Source of the DNA: Zygnema circumcarinatum SAG 698-1b
Taxonomy: Eukaryota; Plantae; Zygnematophyceae
Length of the DNA: 64,000 nucleotides
Direction: 5' to 3'
NCBI GenBank assembly: GCA_037447605.1
Contig: CM074821.1
Location: 496,001 to 560,000, forward strand
Positions 10,766-24,632 of the stretch are shown piece by piece. Positions within the stretch are counted from its first letter, which is position 1. Each line of letters begins with the position of its first letter. Under the pieces are notes generated by a model. It did not search any database. It saw only the letters and a program-made list of their open reading frames with translations, and had not been told where the DNA came from. The position numbers and the translations under genes were made by a program.

Positions 10766-13296
10766 CAGGTCGCTTCAGCCAAGGACCGGGTGCTGCCCGC
10801 ATTGGCGGAGACGGCGCGGCTTCAACAGTTGCTTCCTGTGGCTGCCCGGACGCTGCTGCCGCAGAGGTGTGCACTTAGCCGAAAATTCTGGTGTGCCAGA
10901 AGCAGCCGCTGTGTGTAAGGTTGTTGAAAGGAAGGGCGAATGCAAGTTGTGTGAGAAAGAGGAGGGGGAGAGAGAAGGGGGAGAGAGGGAGAGCGAGAGA
11001 GAGAGAGAGAGAGCGAGGGAGGGAGAAGGGGGGAGAGGAGAGAGGAGAGTGGAGAGGGAAGAAAAGAGAGAGGAGAGAGGAGAGAGTGAGAGGAGAGAGG
11101 GAGGAGAGAGGAGCGGGAAGAAAAGAGAGAGGAGAGAGGAGAGAGGAGAGAGGAGAGAGGAGAGAGTGAGAGGAGAGAGGGGGGAGAGAGGAGAGGGAAG
11201 AGAAGAGAGAGGAGAGAGGAGAGATTGAGAGGAGAGAGAGAGGAACTTTCTGAAGAGTGGAGAAAGGAAAGGGGGGTGGAATGATGTGGCAGGCCTACGA
11301 GGTTGAGCGAAAGAGATGGAGAGGCAGAAAGAGAGGGGGAAAGAGAGAGGGGGAGGAGTGAAGGGTTGATTTAGAGAGAGAGAGTGAGTGAGTGAGAGTG
11401 TGAGAGACAGAAAGTGAAAAAAGGGAATGGGATGGGGCTTCAGCGGGCACACTGTCTTCTTGGAAGACGAAATAAATATCGTGCAAGTGATGGAGAAGAA
11501 CGAATTCGGTACTCCGCCAAGTGTTGCCGAAGAGGGAGGTGGTTTTGAGAAGAGAGAGAGAGGAGACTCCCTTCTTGACAGCCGCTTTGAAGAGCTTGGC
11601 CGGCTATTGGAGCCATGGAGGGTAATTATTTTTGCCCTTTGCAATGGTTGGCAACCAATGCTTGGCAACCATTGCCATCCAATGGTTCAGAACAAAGCCC
11701 TCCAAATGTCAGCAAACTATAAACCCAAAAACTGAATCATTAGTTTTTTAAAATATTCCCGGTTCAAACCAGCAGTTTTGAAGGTCTTAGCCGCTATACC
11801 TCTCTAAGTCGTTTAAGTGAAGGTCAAATGTATTTCATGGTAGGAAGGAAATGTTTAAGCGGTGTTTGGGAGGTACAGATTCTGACTTCTCCGTACATTA
11901 GCGGAGTGGAGAATCTGCCAGATCGTCACAAGAAGGTGAGATCGACCTCCCAGGAAAGAGAGAAAAGCAAAGGGAAGGACGAGAGGCGAGAGAGAGGATG
12001 AGAGGAGAGAAAGAGAAAGAGGGAGGGAGGAGAGAGGGACGAGGGGGGGGACTGCGGGAGTGAGGAGAGAGAGGTCAAGAGGAGAGAGGGAGGAGACAGA
12101 GGGAGAGAGGAGAGAAAGAGGAAGGCAGGAGGGAGGGACGAGGGGGGGGGACTGCGGGAGTGAGGAGAGGGAGGTCAAGAGGAGAGAGGGAGGAGACAGA
12201 GGGAGAGAGGAGAGAGAGCCAGAGAGGAGAGAAAGAGGGAGGGAGGAGAGAGGGACGAGCGGGGGGACTGCGGGAGTGAGGAGAGAGAGGTCAAGAGAGG
12301 AGAGGGAGGAGACAGAGGGAGAGAGGAGAGAGAGGCAGAGAGGAGAGAGAGGGGAAGAGAGGGGAGACAGAGGAAGAGAATGCGGAGAGGGGGTGCTTCC
12401 TTTCGCCTTTTTCTTTTCCACCCCTTCTCTCCCTCTCCCTCTGTTTCTCCCTGTTCCTTTCATTTTGTTGTTGTCCTTTTTTCCCTTTATATTATGGGAC
12501 TTTCTGGACTGTATAGTCTGATTTGTAGATGAATGAAAGTTGAAAAACAAGAGGGAAAAAATGTGGGTGGTTTATTCAGCCACAGCAAGGCGTGCTTTTC
12601 GTCGGAAATCACACTCTATTTGGGCTGTACGATACCCCTCTGCTTTTCCATCAGGTGAACATTCAGACTACCTATTGGTGATTCTTAACAACAAAAAAGA
12701 AGGGGAGAGAGAGAGATTGCGAGAGGGAGCGAGCGAGAGAGAGAGAGAGAGAGAGAGAGGAAGAGAATGAGTCCGTCCTCTCTCTCCCAGTACAATTCTC
12801 TGGAGAGTTTCTGTGCCGTAACAGTTTGGACATGTTGTACCGTCAATTATAGTTAGTTAGTATATTATAGTTAGTTAATTATAGTTTATAGTTACACGTA
12901 AAAGGAGTGGTTGGAATGTTCCATGTGGCTAGAATCAGTTCTATGGTCCGCAACAGCTAAGGGGTGAAAGAACTGAGGTTCTATGCAGCTCTATCTTCAC
13001 GGATTCCGTTGCAGAGGATTGGCACACCCAGCCCATTGGCTATCTGGGGCAGGAAATTTGATGGAGAGGTGTGCGCCTATTTTTTTTCCCCGCTATCGCC
13101 ACCACTTTTTGAGCCCATTTCTATCCCAATTGTGCTAATTTAAAGGTCACCTTTACCCAAAATAAAGTTTCTGTTTTTTTTTTTTTGTATACCGTGTAGA
13201 TATGGAAACGTGAAGGCGACACCTCGAGCCGCTTACCAACTGCTCAAGGTGAGAGAGCTGCTCCCTCTCACACTCTCTCTCTCTCTCCTTGCAGTG

Positions 13297-13378
<82 letters not shown>

Positions 13379-16300
13379 GAGAGAGAGGGGTCTGGTAGTG
13401 ATGTAGGAGTCATGCGGCACTCGCATGCATGCATGCATGGTGATGATGCATGAAGGAGCATGGTGCATTGCCTTCCCATGTGATGTCTATCTAATTTCCG
13501 TTCCGTTGACCGCAACGCTTCTATGTGACAGGACGGCGAGTGCGTTCTGCTCTTCCCGGGGGGGGCCCGGGAGGTCTGCAAACGGAAGGTGGTTAACCAA
13601 CTAACCAACTAACCAGTCAGTCAGTCAACCATGGCTTTGTGGCGCCCCAAAAACATGAAAGCTTGAACCTTGAACCCTTCTAAAAAACCCTAAAAACCCT
13701 AAAACCGTAAAACCCTAAAAACCCTAAAAACCCTAAGAACCCTAAGAACCCTAAAAACCCTAAGAACCTTTAAAACCCTATCATGATTATAGAGCAGTCC
13801 CAGCAACGCTAACAGGGAACATGGAACGGGGGGTGAGAGCAGGGCGAAGAGTACAAGCTGCAGTGGAAGCAGAGGGCGGACTTTGTACGGATGGCGAGCC
13901 GGCTCGGGGCAGTCATTGTGCCATTCGGCGCTGTGGGAGGGGACGATGCGTGAGTCAAAACCCTAACAAACCCTAAAAAGAAAAAGAAAAAAGAAAAAAG
14001 AAAAAAAAAACCCTAAAAAGAAACCCTAAAACCCCTCAAAAGGAGACCCTATAAATCCTGGAAACTCAAAAATCCCTGCGGCACCCGAAAGTTTGATCTT
14101 ATTTTCATTTGGTTTTGGTTTTATTTGAGTTTTTTTCCTTCTGTTCTGGGGTGCAGCTATGACCTTCTTTTTGACACGCAAGAAATTTTGGATTCTCCGA
14201 TTGGCCCCCTCTTAGAGGAGCTTTACTCGCGGCTGCAAGTGCCGGCAGGGGAGGCCGTACAGCCCCTCACAGCGCTGCCGGGGACAGGGATTCCCAGGTG
14301 AGAGGGAGAGGGAGAGGGAGAGGGACGAGGGAGGGGGAGAGGGAGAGGGAGGGAGGAAGGGAGAGGAACAGGGAGAGTGGGGAGGGAGAGGGACGAGGGA
14401 CGAGGGAGGGGGAGGGACGAATCGAGAGGGAGGGACGAAGGGAGATGGAGGGGGAGAATGGGGAGGGAGAGGGACGAGGGAGGGAGAGGGAGGAGGGAGG
14501 GAGGGAGGAGGGAGAGGGACAGGAGAGTGGGGAGGGAGGAGAGGGACGAGGAGGGGAGGGAGGGAGGGAGGGAGTGGGGAGGGAGAGGGAGGGAGAGATG
14601 GGGGCGGAGGGGGAGGGGAGGGAGGGAGGGGGACGAGGGAGGGGGAGAGAGGGAGGGAGAGGGACAGGGAGAGTGGGGAGGGAGAGGGAGAGGGACGAGG
14701 GAGGGGGAGGGACGAATCGAGAGGGAGGGACGAAGGGAGATGGAGGGGGAGAATGGGGAGGGAGAGGGACGAGGGAGAGGGAGGGAGGGAGGGAGAGAGA
14801 GAGGGAGAGTGGGGAGGGAGAGGGACGAGAGAGAGTGGGGAGGGAGGAAGGGATTGGGAGGGGGAGAGGGAGGGGAGAGAGATGGGGGCGGAGGGGGAGG
14901 GGAGGGAGGGAGGGGGACGAGGGAGGGGGAGAGAGGGAGGGAGAGGGACAGGGAGAGTGGGGAGGGAGAGGGAGAGGGACGAGGGAGGGGGAGGGACGAA
15001 GGGAGAGGGAGAGGGAGAGGGAGAGGGAGTGGGAGAGGGAGAGGGAGAGGGAGAGTGGGGAGGGAGAGGGACGAGGGAGGGAGGGGGGGAGGGAGGGAGT
15101 GGGAGAGAGGGAGAATGGGGAGGGAGAGGGACGAGGGAGAGTGGGGAGGAAGGGATTTGGAGGGGGAAGGAGGAAGGGAGGGGGAGAGGGGGGGGAGAGA
15201 GAGGGGGAAGGGGGATGGGAGGGAGAGAGGGGGGTCGAGAGTGAGGAGGAAGGATTGTAGGGGAAGGATGGGGAGAGAAGGAAGGGAAGAGGGAGGGGGA
15301 ATGTGTATGTGAAAGAGAGACAGTAAGTGCGTTTTGAAGAGAGCTTAACAATCCAAAGAAAAGGCCGTAGGGACGTATTGTTTCTGTTCAAGAAGTGAAA
15401 GGCTGCAAGTAGGAGTAGGTGGATGATGTGCGTGTGTGAGAAAGAGAGAGGTGGAGAGAGAGAGCGAGGGAGAGACAGGGCGAGAGTGTGAGAGTGAGAT
15501 TGAGAGAATGGGTCTGAGAATTAGGCCGAGGGGGGAGAGTGAGTTTGTGAGAGACTTTGCATGAGAGGAAGAATGTGTGTTGAATGTGAAGACTCCGAAT
15601 GGCTCATATTAGATAATCATGGTTAACAGCGTCTTCATGTTTGACTCAGTTACAGTATTACGCTATTGGGTTGACATCACTATTATAGTAATAATACTAA
15701 ACTACTTCATTTTGATGCTGTTTTGATGATGTTGCTTTTAAAAAAACCAGCTTGGTACCGATTCCACGAATCGAAAGAATTTATTTCCATTTTGGGGAAC
15801 CAATCGACACAACGGAATATGGCTGCGATCTAAACAGTACTGAGCAGGTGCGTTTTGTGAATCCGTTGAACGGATTTTGCATGGAACAGTGCGCAGCTGA
15901 AAAGTTGCTGTTGCGAACATGAGGGGCTTTAAGACCACTCGAATTTTTTTGAATGGTGTTTTGAGTTTCAAGATTTCAAACCTAAAGCTGCTTTCCCAAT
16001 TCTCTCGTTTTTGACATTCGGAACGCTGATGGTCCAAATGGTCGCTATGGAGCGCCTCCATTTTTCTGCAGTGCCAATCTCTATACGGTGAGAGGAAAGG
16101 ATCTGTCAAAAAACATCTGCACGACTTAAGCAGCATTTGTTATAATCTATGTTGTTTTGTTTTATTTATTTTATTTTTTATGATTGTTTATTTTTTCTTG
16201 TCTTTAAAAATACTTGTTTGACATTCTTTTTCGGCATGTAAAACAGTGCTGACGTTGCATGTTCCGTGCGATGCTTGTGGGGCCCACAGAACTGGTTCAA

Positions 16301-16633
16301 AGCCGAGTAGAAAGCAGCATTTCACTATTGATGAACATTCGGTCACGAGATCCGGTCAGCATCAAATTTCACTTTTGCACCGTTTTCAACTTCTGTTGTT
16401 GGCAATTTGATTTTGTTTTTTGAATCTGTTTGCGAACTTTCGGAAGTCGGTTGTAGACCAAACCTAGTCTATGCCTAGTCAGTTAGTTCCGTTATACAGC
16501 CGTTGGGCTGCTCAGCCGGTTCCATGTGTTGGGGGGGGGGGAGGGGTTTCAGGAGAGAGACCTTTTCACCCGGTTGCAGCGGAAGGCATTCCGACTACTA
16601 CCAGAATTTTCTCCCCGAAATCCTCGAAAATGA
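7681..16633 (+). CDS. PES: Esterase/lipase/thioesterase (ELT) family acyltransferase, phytyl ester synthase-like: alpha/beta-hydrolase plus DGAT2/LPLAT-type domain, plastid-transit-like N-terminus
   Basis: Exons include 7681-8171, 9364-9586, 9975-10079, 10315-10494, 10769-10866 and 11444-11621, further exons near 11880, 12580, 12990, 13200, 13535, 13845, 14158 and 15751, then 16072-16087 (16 nt), ~16290-16354 and 16553-16633 (TGA). Motifs: YVPGMDGTG, AESFGACLAL, VNPATAF, SGHTVFLE, LFVGNHTLFGLYD, LLFPGGARE, IVPFGAVGGDD, RIYFHFGEPI. Confidence 0.9.
8409..8635 (+). repeat. Dispersed ~227-bp element, copy 1 (PES intron 1)
   Basis: Aligns end to end with 26216-26441 at roughly 80% identity by eye. 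Shared blocks include caatctgcacagctggcaa, gtcgacctccacagct and caaccaatggctggcaa. Confidence 0.9.
9120..9330. repeat. Degenerate interstitial telomere-like (AACCCT/AAACCCT) tract at the 3' end of PES intron 1
   Basis: Repeated taaccct/aaaccct units. Confidence 0.8.
11985..12340 (+). repeat. Purine-rich minisatellite, three ~100-116 bp units, in a PES intron
   Basis: gggactgcgggagtgaggagag.gaggtcaaga...ggaggagacagagggagag recurs at ~12049, ~12148 and ~12264. Confidence 0.85.
13665..13780. repeat. Telomere-like (AAAACCCT/AAGAACCCT) array in a PES intron
   Basis: About a dozen aaaaccct-type units. Confidence 0.85.
14300..15300 (+). repeat. ~1-kb G/A tract with an internal ~290-bp higher-order duplication (PES intron)
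   Basis: Marker blocks ggacgaatcgagagggagggacgaagggagatgg (~14413, ~14710) and gagatgggggcggaggg (~14595, ~14880) each occur twice. Confidence 0.85.
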
Positions 16634-17889
16634 GTAAAACTGAAGTAAGTCCATAATGTGGAAAACCCTAAAACTCCAAAGTTATTGCAAATGGGATTTT
16701 TTCTTCTACCGTGAACCAACAGAATGCCTTCGTTTATGTTCATTTTTTCTCCGTAAAACAGCGCGAGTTTCGTTTATCGGAGCTTTTCTGAATAAGTTTC
16801 CGTGAGATCATGAAGGACCGGTGGTACTTCATTGTACACGGAACGCCTTCTGAGTTTGGGGGGCTGAGAAACTCAGGTTTTGGATATATTTGTTTATTTT
16901 TTTTTCAATGTTTTCGAGCCTACGAACTTATCTTTTTTTGATGTAAATAATTTTCCTTTTCCATGTGAAAAACATTTGTGGTCAAATGGAGGTATGGTAG
17001 AATTCAGTCCAGTGAAAGCTAGATTTGCATATTATGCGGTGTGGCCTAAAAAATGAAAAAGTTGAAGGTTTGCAACGTCGGTTACGGAGCTGAACTGCTG
17101 GATTGAGCTGAGCTGAAGCAGTCGATTGAAGCGATCTGAACTGTTGGATTTAAGAGTGTAACCGTTAGTTTGAAGAATTTTTTGTCATTCAATTAACGCG
17201 AACTGAAAGGTTGGGTTGCTGAACCTTTGTACGAGCTGAAATCGTGCACAAGAAATTTTAACAATTTCGAGGTTCCACAGTGCCTCAAAATAGGCGTTGC
17301 CAATCCATGTTCTGAAAGCAAGAGCACAAGTACACAGGACATAGCAGATTTCCCACCGCCACTTTTCCTTGACGTACCAACACAAAATCTGCCAATGGAC
17401 CGAAACTGGAAGGGGGAAACTGAAAAACTTCCAAGGAAGACGATCATGGAAGGGAAACGCTTGAGCAACGGCCAGTCTTGCAGGAAACGTTATACCCCTC
17501 GTTCTCTCGGTTGGGCAAACTGAACTTGCTCTCTCTCAATCATTCTTCTTTCTCACTCGTTCTCATTTTTTCTCGCAAACACACGCTTAGTCCAACCACC
17601 TCTTCCCTTCCCTTTGTAACGGATGTATGAAAATACAAGACCATTTACAATTACTGTGCCACTAAGTCGTGAGCTTTACAGCCACCCTCTTTCTTTCTTC
17701 CCTACATTGGGATATCCTCCTGCTAAGTACTCTCACCCGCCTCTCGCTCCTGCCCCTGAATGAAATCGCTACACCCTCCTCTCCAGCTGTATAGAGCACC
17801 GGAACCTCCGCCTCATAGCACCTGCTTGGTTTTGCTTGCAAGAAACAAGTCATATCCCCTCAGTCCCCGTGGTTCCCTAAGATTCGGCG

Positions 17890-20800
17890 TCAGAAGGCTT
17901 CGCCCCGGAAGGTTCCCAGTGGAGCGAGCTGCGCCTCACCCGCCTCCACGTGGCGGGAGCACTCCTCGCTGAGGGCGAGAGTCAGCATTTCTGCACTGAA
18001 GGAGTCGTCGGGTCGGAGACCCAAAGCCTGCATACAAAAGATAGGGAATGCCCAAAAAGCACACATTCATTGCAAGGAAGGAGGAGAGGAAGGGCAAGTG
18101 AAGCAGTAGAGTAAAGAAGTCTCCAATTTGAGGGCGATAGCTGAAAGGAAATTGAAACGGCTTGGTGAAATGCAGGTAAATTGATTGATTGCTTACCTTA
18201 TGGTAGTAGTCGATTGCCAGAGTAACATTGCCCTGAAAACGCAGCAGGAGAAACAGCTTTAGTTCCATTCTATTTTGTGCAGTTCCAAGGACTGAAAACC
18301 TGAGGAAATCATCGAAACCGATTATACAAAACCAATTACAAAACGAATTACACCTCAAAGAACTGTCTGAACTCCTATGAGCCAACGAGCCAAGGATAAG
18401 CCCTTCAGCTGCACAGGCAATCTGAGTTACCGCGAACACATGGACGGCCCCATCAAAAAGTAAAAATAAGGAAACACTACAACTATCCACAAGACATCCT
18501 CTGAGAAATAGTTGCAGTTCAACGACACATTACTTCACCACACTCTGCTCCTCTTCTCCTCCCCTCCTAGTTCCGGTCTATGGTCCTGTGACTGTGGAAT
18601 TTGACAAATTGCAGTCCTAGTTAGACTCCGTGCTTATGCAAACACTTCAGTGGAATACATCCACACATCCATACAACAATTGTATAGCAGCACACCTGCA
18701 AGTGATATGTGAAGCCGAGTGCAGCGAATGCGGCAGGCTGCCTCGGACACAACGCTAGTGCCTGCTCAAACCGCTGAATAGCTTCCGGATAGCGTCTGAA
18801 ACATGCAAATTTACAAAAAGTTAGGCCTCCCAACATAGACAAACAACCTGCACCTGCAATATTTATCCACTTTAGGATTCAATACTTCAAGGAAGCATTG
18901 AACCCTAGACAGCCTTGGATAGTTGGCTTTCAAATCGTAGTGAAGCTATATTCATAGTTGGGCATTTACCTGAGCTTGCGCAAGCCATGTCCGAGATTCA
19001 AAACAGTTGCTTCCCAAAGACTTTCCATGCCTTCAGGTACACGCTGAAGCGCTGACTCAAAATGATGTATCGCTGCTTCATGACTGGCACAACTCACAAT
19101 ACAAAAAAGGTGGAGCCTGTTCTTGAGTATATGATTTGAGTTGAATTTATGCAGGCCTATTTCCGCATATCGAAATGGGCTATAAGCCAAACAATTTCTC
19201 TAATGAGTGAAGGAAGCAATTGGCAATTGACGTCCCAGTCACGTTTTATAAAAGAGAGCACTCTATTGAAAACAGGATTTCAACCAATCGGGACCGATCG
19301 GAAGCAGTGAGAAGATGGCTTGCCAGCTTCATTTTAGTAAAGGAAAGCGAGAGTTTTGTGGGCTCACTCAAGATTGCGGAAAGCTACAACACCGAGCTCA
19401 TGATGGACAAGTGGGTCGTGGGGACACATTTTCAGTGCATCTTGTAGAAACTGCAAGAAACAAAAGGAGCATGAAAGTTATACAGGTTCGTGCATAGATA
19501 GTGACTTTTGAAAAATGTAAGAAATGCAGGCAATTCATCGGAAGCGTTTGATCGAAATTTGAATTCACAAGGCTAGGCTGAGTTAGACCCTATCGCTTGC
19601 AGGATTGAGTTGGTTGTTTTTGGTGAAGATTGCATGAAATGCAACAGGGGCTTGTGTATTGGAGCTGAGTATACTCAAATGAGATAAAAGAACTTATCAG
19701 ATTGAACCGGCCTTGATCGGAACGTCAATCTATACAGTCCCGATGAAAAACTGAACCAATATTTGTAGTCATAGGACATTGATTGAGGAGAGAAAATGAG
19801 TACTTGACTCACTTGCTGAGCAAGCTGAAGATTGTTCGTTTTTTGGTACTCAATACCGATTCCGAGCACAGCGAGATGGCACCTGTTCAAATCATTCCCA
19901 CAAGGCCCAACTTTTTTGGTCACTTTAGAAGAACATGTTCAACTCTTGATTCTCCACTTACTGCGAGCATCGTCTGAGCCATTCACCCAATACCCAGTTT
20001 TCAAATCCTTTCGTTATCTCAAACATCGAAGTAAAGTATAGGCTACGGCAGTCGCCCTTGAAATCCAAAGTTTGTTTTTAGGGTTTAGGGTTTTTAGGTT
20101 TTTAGAGAGGTTTTAGACTTTTCAGGGTTTTGAATGTAAAAACCCAACTGCTAGCTCAATTAAACTATGAAAACTCAATGCTATGTACGTTTCTAGGTAT
20201 GCCCACCCCGGGAAAAGTCTGGCAGCAGTTCTATAGGCCGCCATTGCTTGGTCGCTCTCATCTTGGGCAGCATACGCATTCCCAAACCCCAACCAGGCCG
20301 GGGCAAAGGTTCTCTCCAGAGCTGTGGCCTTGCTGCAAACCAGAGGGTTTCCACACACACATAAAGGGAGATTCTAACTTAGATTTTTTTATGTTTTTTT
20401 ACGATTTAGTGCATGTTCCACTTGAAGTAAACTAGCAGAAACGAGACCCGACGACAACGATATTGACTGAAAGAGGAAGGCCACAGAAACTACACTTCAA
20501 GCTTTCAAAAGCGATGCATACAAAAGTGACATTTCACATTTTAATCACACATGGAGGCCTTACCAAAAGTATCGGCGAGCCTGTTCATATTGCTTGATGC
20601 AGAGGTAGTAGCAGCCCACAGCAAACCAAGCCAATGCTCTGCAGCTCACAGACCCAAAAAAACAACAAGAAACTTATTATCGAGAGGAATGCCAAATTAA
20701 ATGCCAAGAACACTGCACTACCCAAAGCCTTGTTAGCGAAAAACAGAGAAAAAGAGAGAAATATGAAAGAGAAAGCCAGAAAGAGAGGCACTTTGTATCA

Positions 20801-23800
20801 GTAACATCACCCTTGTAATATCATGGCCTAAGCAGCCTCTTTTTCGCATTTTCTGAAAGCAATGTCATAGTCAGAAAAACACATACTTTTGGGGGTACTC
20901 ATCCACCAGCCTATGGGCTTGAAGGAAAAGCTCATTTTTCCGCTTCAGCTCCACTGCAGCTGCCAGGTGGCAAGGCATCACTGGAAGATGAAATGGATCT
21001 CTTTCCAGAACCCTGCATGGACGGCACATCACCAAAAGGAAAAGAATTGGTTATCTGCCTGAAATAGAAATTATATATACAATATACGCAAAGCTCCTAC
21101 AAATATTACATTCTGAATGAGGGGTGAATTCAGAACAAGGGAAGTTCTTGATGGGTGTTTCATTCAGTAGAAAAGTTTATTAAGCGATCAGGCTCTTGCT
21201 CTAGTAATTAAGCAAAAGCCCCTACGCTCGAGACTTGCAAGTCCATTAAATTTTCCACGCCTACTTCTTGCTGAATACAGAGCTATCAAAAGGCTTGGTC
21301 ACAACCAAGGTCACTGCACAAATGTAATTTCAAGAATTTCGAGGATTTCACAAAAACCAAGTGCACCTTTTAGATGTTCCATAACTGAGCTCGAACTCCC
21401 CTCTATGGTACTGGACTTCAGCTCGGCAAACTTGAACGTCGAGATTATCTTCCAAACCAATCTGTCCTTCCGACCAACAAGGCTCATCACCGTCCTCCCT
21501 CAACCCTTCCAATATCGATAGCTTTGTCTCCAAACTATCTTCCTGCCCATGCTGCAAAATCCCAAACAAGACTCTAGAAATCAACAGGTTTGCACACATG
21601 ACTTCGCACAAGACGATGCTTGTAATAGCCAGTTAGAAACGAAGTTTAAATTGATGCAAAGTTCAATCAGTGTGGGGAGTGAGATGAAAGGTTTGCCTAG
21701 ACAAGAATGTAGAGGTGATGATGCACATTGCTTGCGTAGCCTCGTACCTTACTGGCTCTGCACGAATAGAGAAGCTGAAGCCATCTCTCATCCGGAGAAA
21801 ACTCGAGTTCCGCCAAAAGGCGTTTTTCTGCAGGCCAAAACAAGGAATCAAAATTCATGTCTCGAGTCCAAGTAAACAGGCTTTAATTAACACAAAGGTT
21901 GTATGAAAAAATACGTATCAGAACTGCTGAAGCAATGACGACATTTCAAATACCAAGATAGGGACAAGTTCTGCTAAGAAAAAACTGCAAGCTGCGAATC
22001 AGGCATGCTTCAGAAACAGACACTCTGCATTCAATCACACTTTCAGAAGTTTCAAGTGTTTCTAAGCTGTGGCAACACGAGATTTAGGTTTGAATAAACG
22101 CTGCAACATGCAAACTCTGGATTTGATGGTAAAAAAAGTTTAGCACAGCAGGCTGATTGTAAATTCTAAACATTAAATACTTTCCAGCAAAATCCACATG
22201 GGGCGAACACCAACTGTGAGCTCATCTCCTCATTAAGTTCAAGAGCTTTTCAAGAGCTTGCAAACATGTTCTCAGCTTCTGCTTCACTTGCAGAGGCAGC
22301 AGATGTTACAGAGTACAAACTATACTGGTTGGAATAACTGAACACAGGGCTAATGTGGAATCAACCAGACGATGCAAGGAGAAAGCTAGTGGGGCTACCC
22401 TGTATGCATTTCCAGCTGCAATACAACCATACGTTTTATGATATGCATGATACATGATCAAGCCAACTAGCTTGAACAAAAAACAAGTACGAAGATACAA
22501 TGAATAAGAAGCAAAAAAACATCCTTTCCCTTTTCTCTCTCCCTCTCTCAGAATCAGCCTGACTGATGGTAGCTGGTCAGATGCGGGTTTCTAGGCCCGG
22601 ATGTGCATCGCAACAGAGGCCTTTACAGACACTCAGAGCCCAGTGCGTTTCATCATCCCAGCTTTAGTCTCCATCAGTTCTTTAGGGCCTATGCCCACCA
22701 ATCCCAATTCAAAAAGATATGCCAACTAAGTGGTAGAGGTTGCACACCTTGATCGCTGGTCAACATTTGATTGTCAAAAAGATGCTCAAATGCCTGCAAA
22801 AAGAGCCCCTCACATCCCTTACATCATTCTGGGAAAACTCAGAAATGACAAGAGATAATCGAATGCTGGTCAAGACAACCTCCCACAACTAAGACGAACT
22901 GAACACCGGAACAGGCGTGCTGCTTTGGAGGCTAAGCACAAAACTGAAGAAACCAATAAAAATCTATTGCTCCTATACGACAATCAAACTTCTCCACCTT
23001 CTCGCTGGCTGGTTGCATGGCACCTACAGAAGCCGGTGCCTACTTCGTAACAGAATGAGTCAGCACGAAGCGCCGCTTGATACCTGACGCAAAGGCAGCC
23101 CCCTCAACATATCACGAAATGTCCATTTCTTGGATAAACGTGTTCAACTTTAAGTGATTCAAGCGCACGTACAGAGAAAAGTATTGTGAGCTGCAGGTTC
23201 AAACGATCAGGATTCTGCAATATTATACGTACCACTGCATGGCCTTCATACGATTCTCCAGAGCGTCATACGCTCTTCCTCGCAACAGACAAAGAGCCGC
23301 AACAATCTGGAAGAACCACATCCACGTCAATAGCAGATATCGCAAGAATTAACGAGAAGGAAAGGCAAGCTCACCCATGGGCAGAGCAATAAAGCCCACA
23401 AAACATAGAAGAAGCTAAAAAGGGTTCAAAGAGGAACCAGCAACATTTTCCGACGAGGAACACAAAGCGAACCTCAATACTAAGACTTCTTCAGCGACAG
23501 AAAACATTTAATACTTGAACTCTTTATCACTGACCATTCAAACATGCACTCTACTGAAAACGAAAAAAACAACCGCGTCGACTTCAAAATGACGCGGTCC
23601 TTCGGACACAGAAATAAAACCAACGCCGTGAAGGCGTCCACGTTTCACGCACATTTATCTCTCTCCCTTCTGAAGCACCCTCCATGTTCTCTTCTTGATC
23701 ATTCATCGCATCAAGATCTGTGTCCTCCTCTCCCAGAACTGCCAAGCATTCATCCCACTCCTTCATTTGTCCCTGCAAAAAAAGGAAAGGAACAGACAGC

Positions 23801-24560
23801 TGAGACAACGTCCTTTCTCCAATCTGCTCTCGTCCAGCATTGTCCTCATTCATCAGAATCTCTCGCTTGTGAGTGATGTAGATCAGACAAAAACACAGTA
23901 CGAGTATCTATCTGAAAGGGAGCTCAGAGATCAGATTTCTATAACCCTGTTCTACCAATACCACGCCGTTCAATCGCCAAAACGGTTTAATATAATCTAA
24001 GCGCATTCAATGAAATCACATTGAACCCTAACATGAGACCGGCAGAGCAAATCGAAAAACACACCAGCAAACCTTTTCTTTGTTGTAAAGGCTACGAAGC
24101 TTAAGAGCGCGAGCATCCAAGAAAACGTCGCATCAACTGACCGAAACAGAAAACGACAACAGAGCAGTGTACAGTAGCTCCTCCGTGCAAAAGCTAAGCT
24201 AAGCTAAGTACGCTATGCGAGCGAAAAAGCAGAATACTAAATCGAAAGGTTTATTAGGCTCAGATCAACATTCAAAGGCAACAGTATACAATAGCGGCTA
24301 CAGCAAAAGCTCCGCACCAAACACTTGGCTGCAAGGTACTTGAAGCGCAGGCTTGCAGCCAGGAGGTGCTCCTGCCGCAGCAGGTGCAGGGCCCGGCGGT
24401 ACTGCGCGCTCAAGTAGTAGGCCTGCGCGAGGAGGTACACGTCGGCCGGGTTGTGCTCCGACATCGTGAGCAGCTTGTCCGCGAAGAAGACGGCGGAGGA
24501 GTGGAGGTGCTTGCTCAGGCAGTCCCGCACCACCGATCGCAGCTTCTCCAGGTGGTCCAT
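17890..24560 (-). CDS. APC6: Anaphase-promoting complex subunit 6 (CDC16), TPR protein
   Basis: First exon 24560-24318: MDHLEKLRSVVRDCLSKHLHSSAVFFADK. Later exons: ALCLLRGRAYDALENR, YQAALRADSFCYE, ERDPFHL, ALAWFAVGCYY, FAPAWLGFGNAYAAQDESDQAMAAYRTAARLFPG, DPLVHHELGVV, WEATVLNLGHGLRKL, LAIDYYHK. Last exon ALGLRPDD...AF* with the stop at 17892-17890. Confidence 0.95.
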
Positions 24561-24564
24561 AGCT

Positions 24565-24566
24565 TG

Positions 24567-24630
<64 letters not shown>

Positions 24631-24632
24631 CC
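24565..24632. repeat. (CCTG/CAGG)n tetranucleotide repeat, ~17 units, immediately 5' of the APC6 ATG
   Basis: Direct reading. The ORF-track RQAG repeats begin at a GTG and are probably 5' UTR. Confidence 0.95.
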
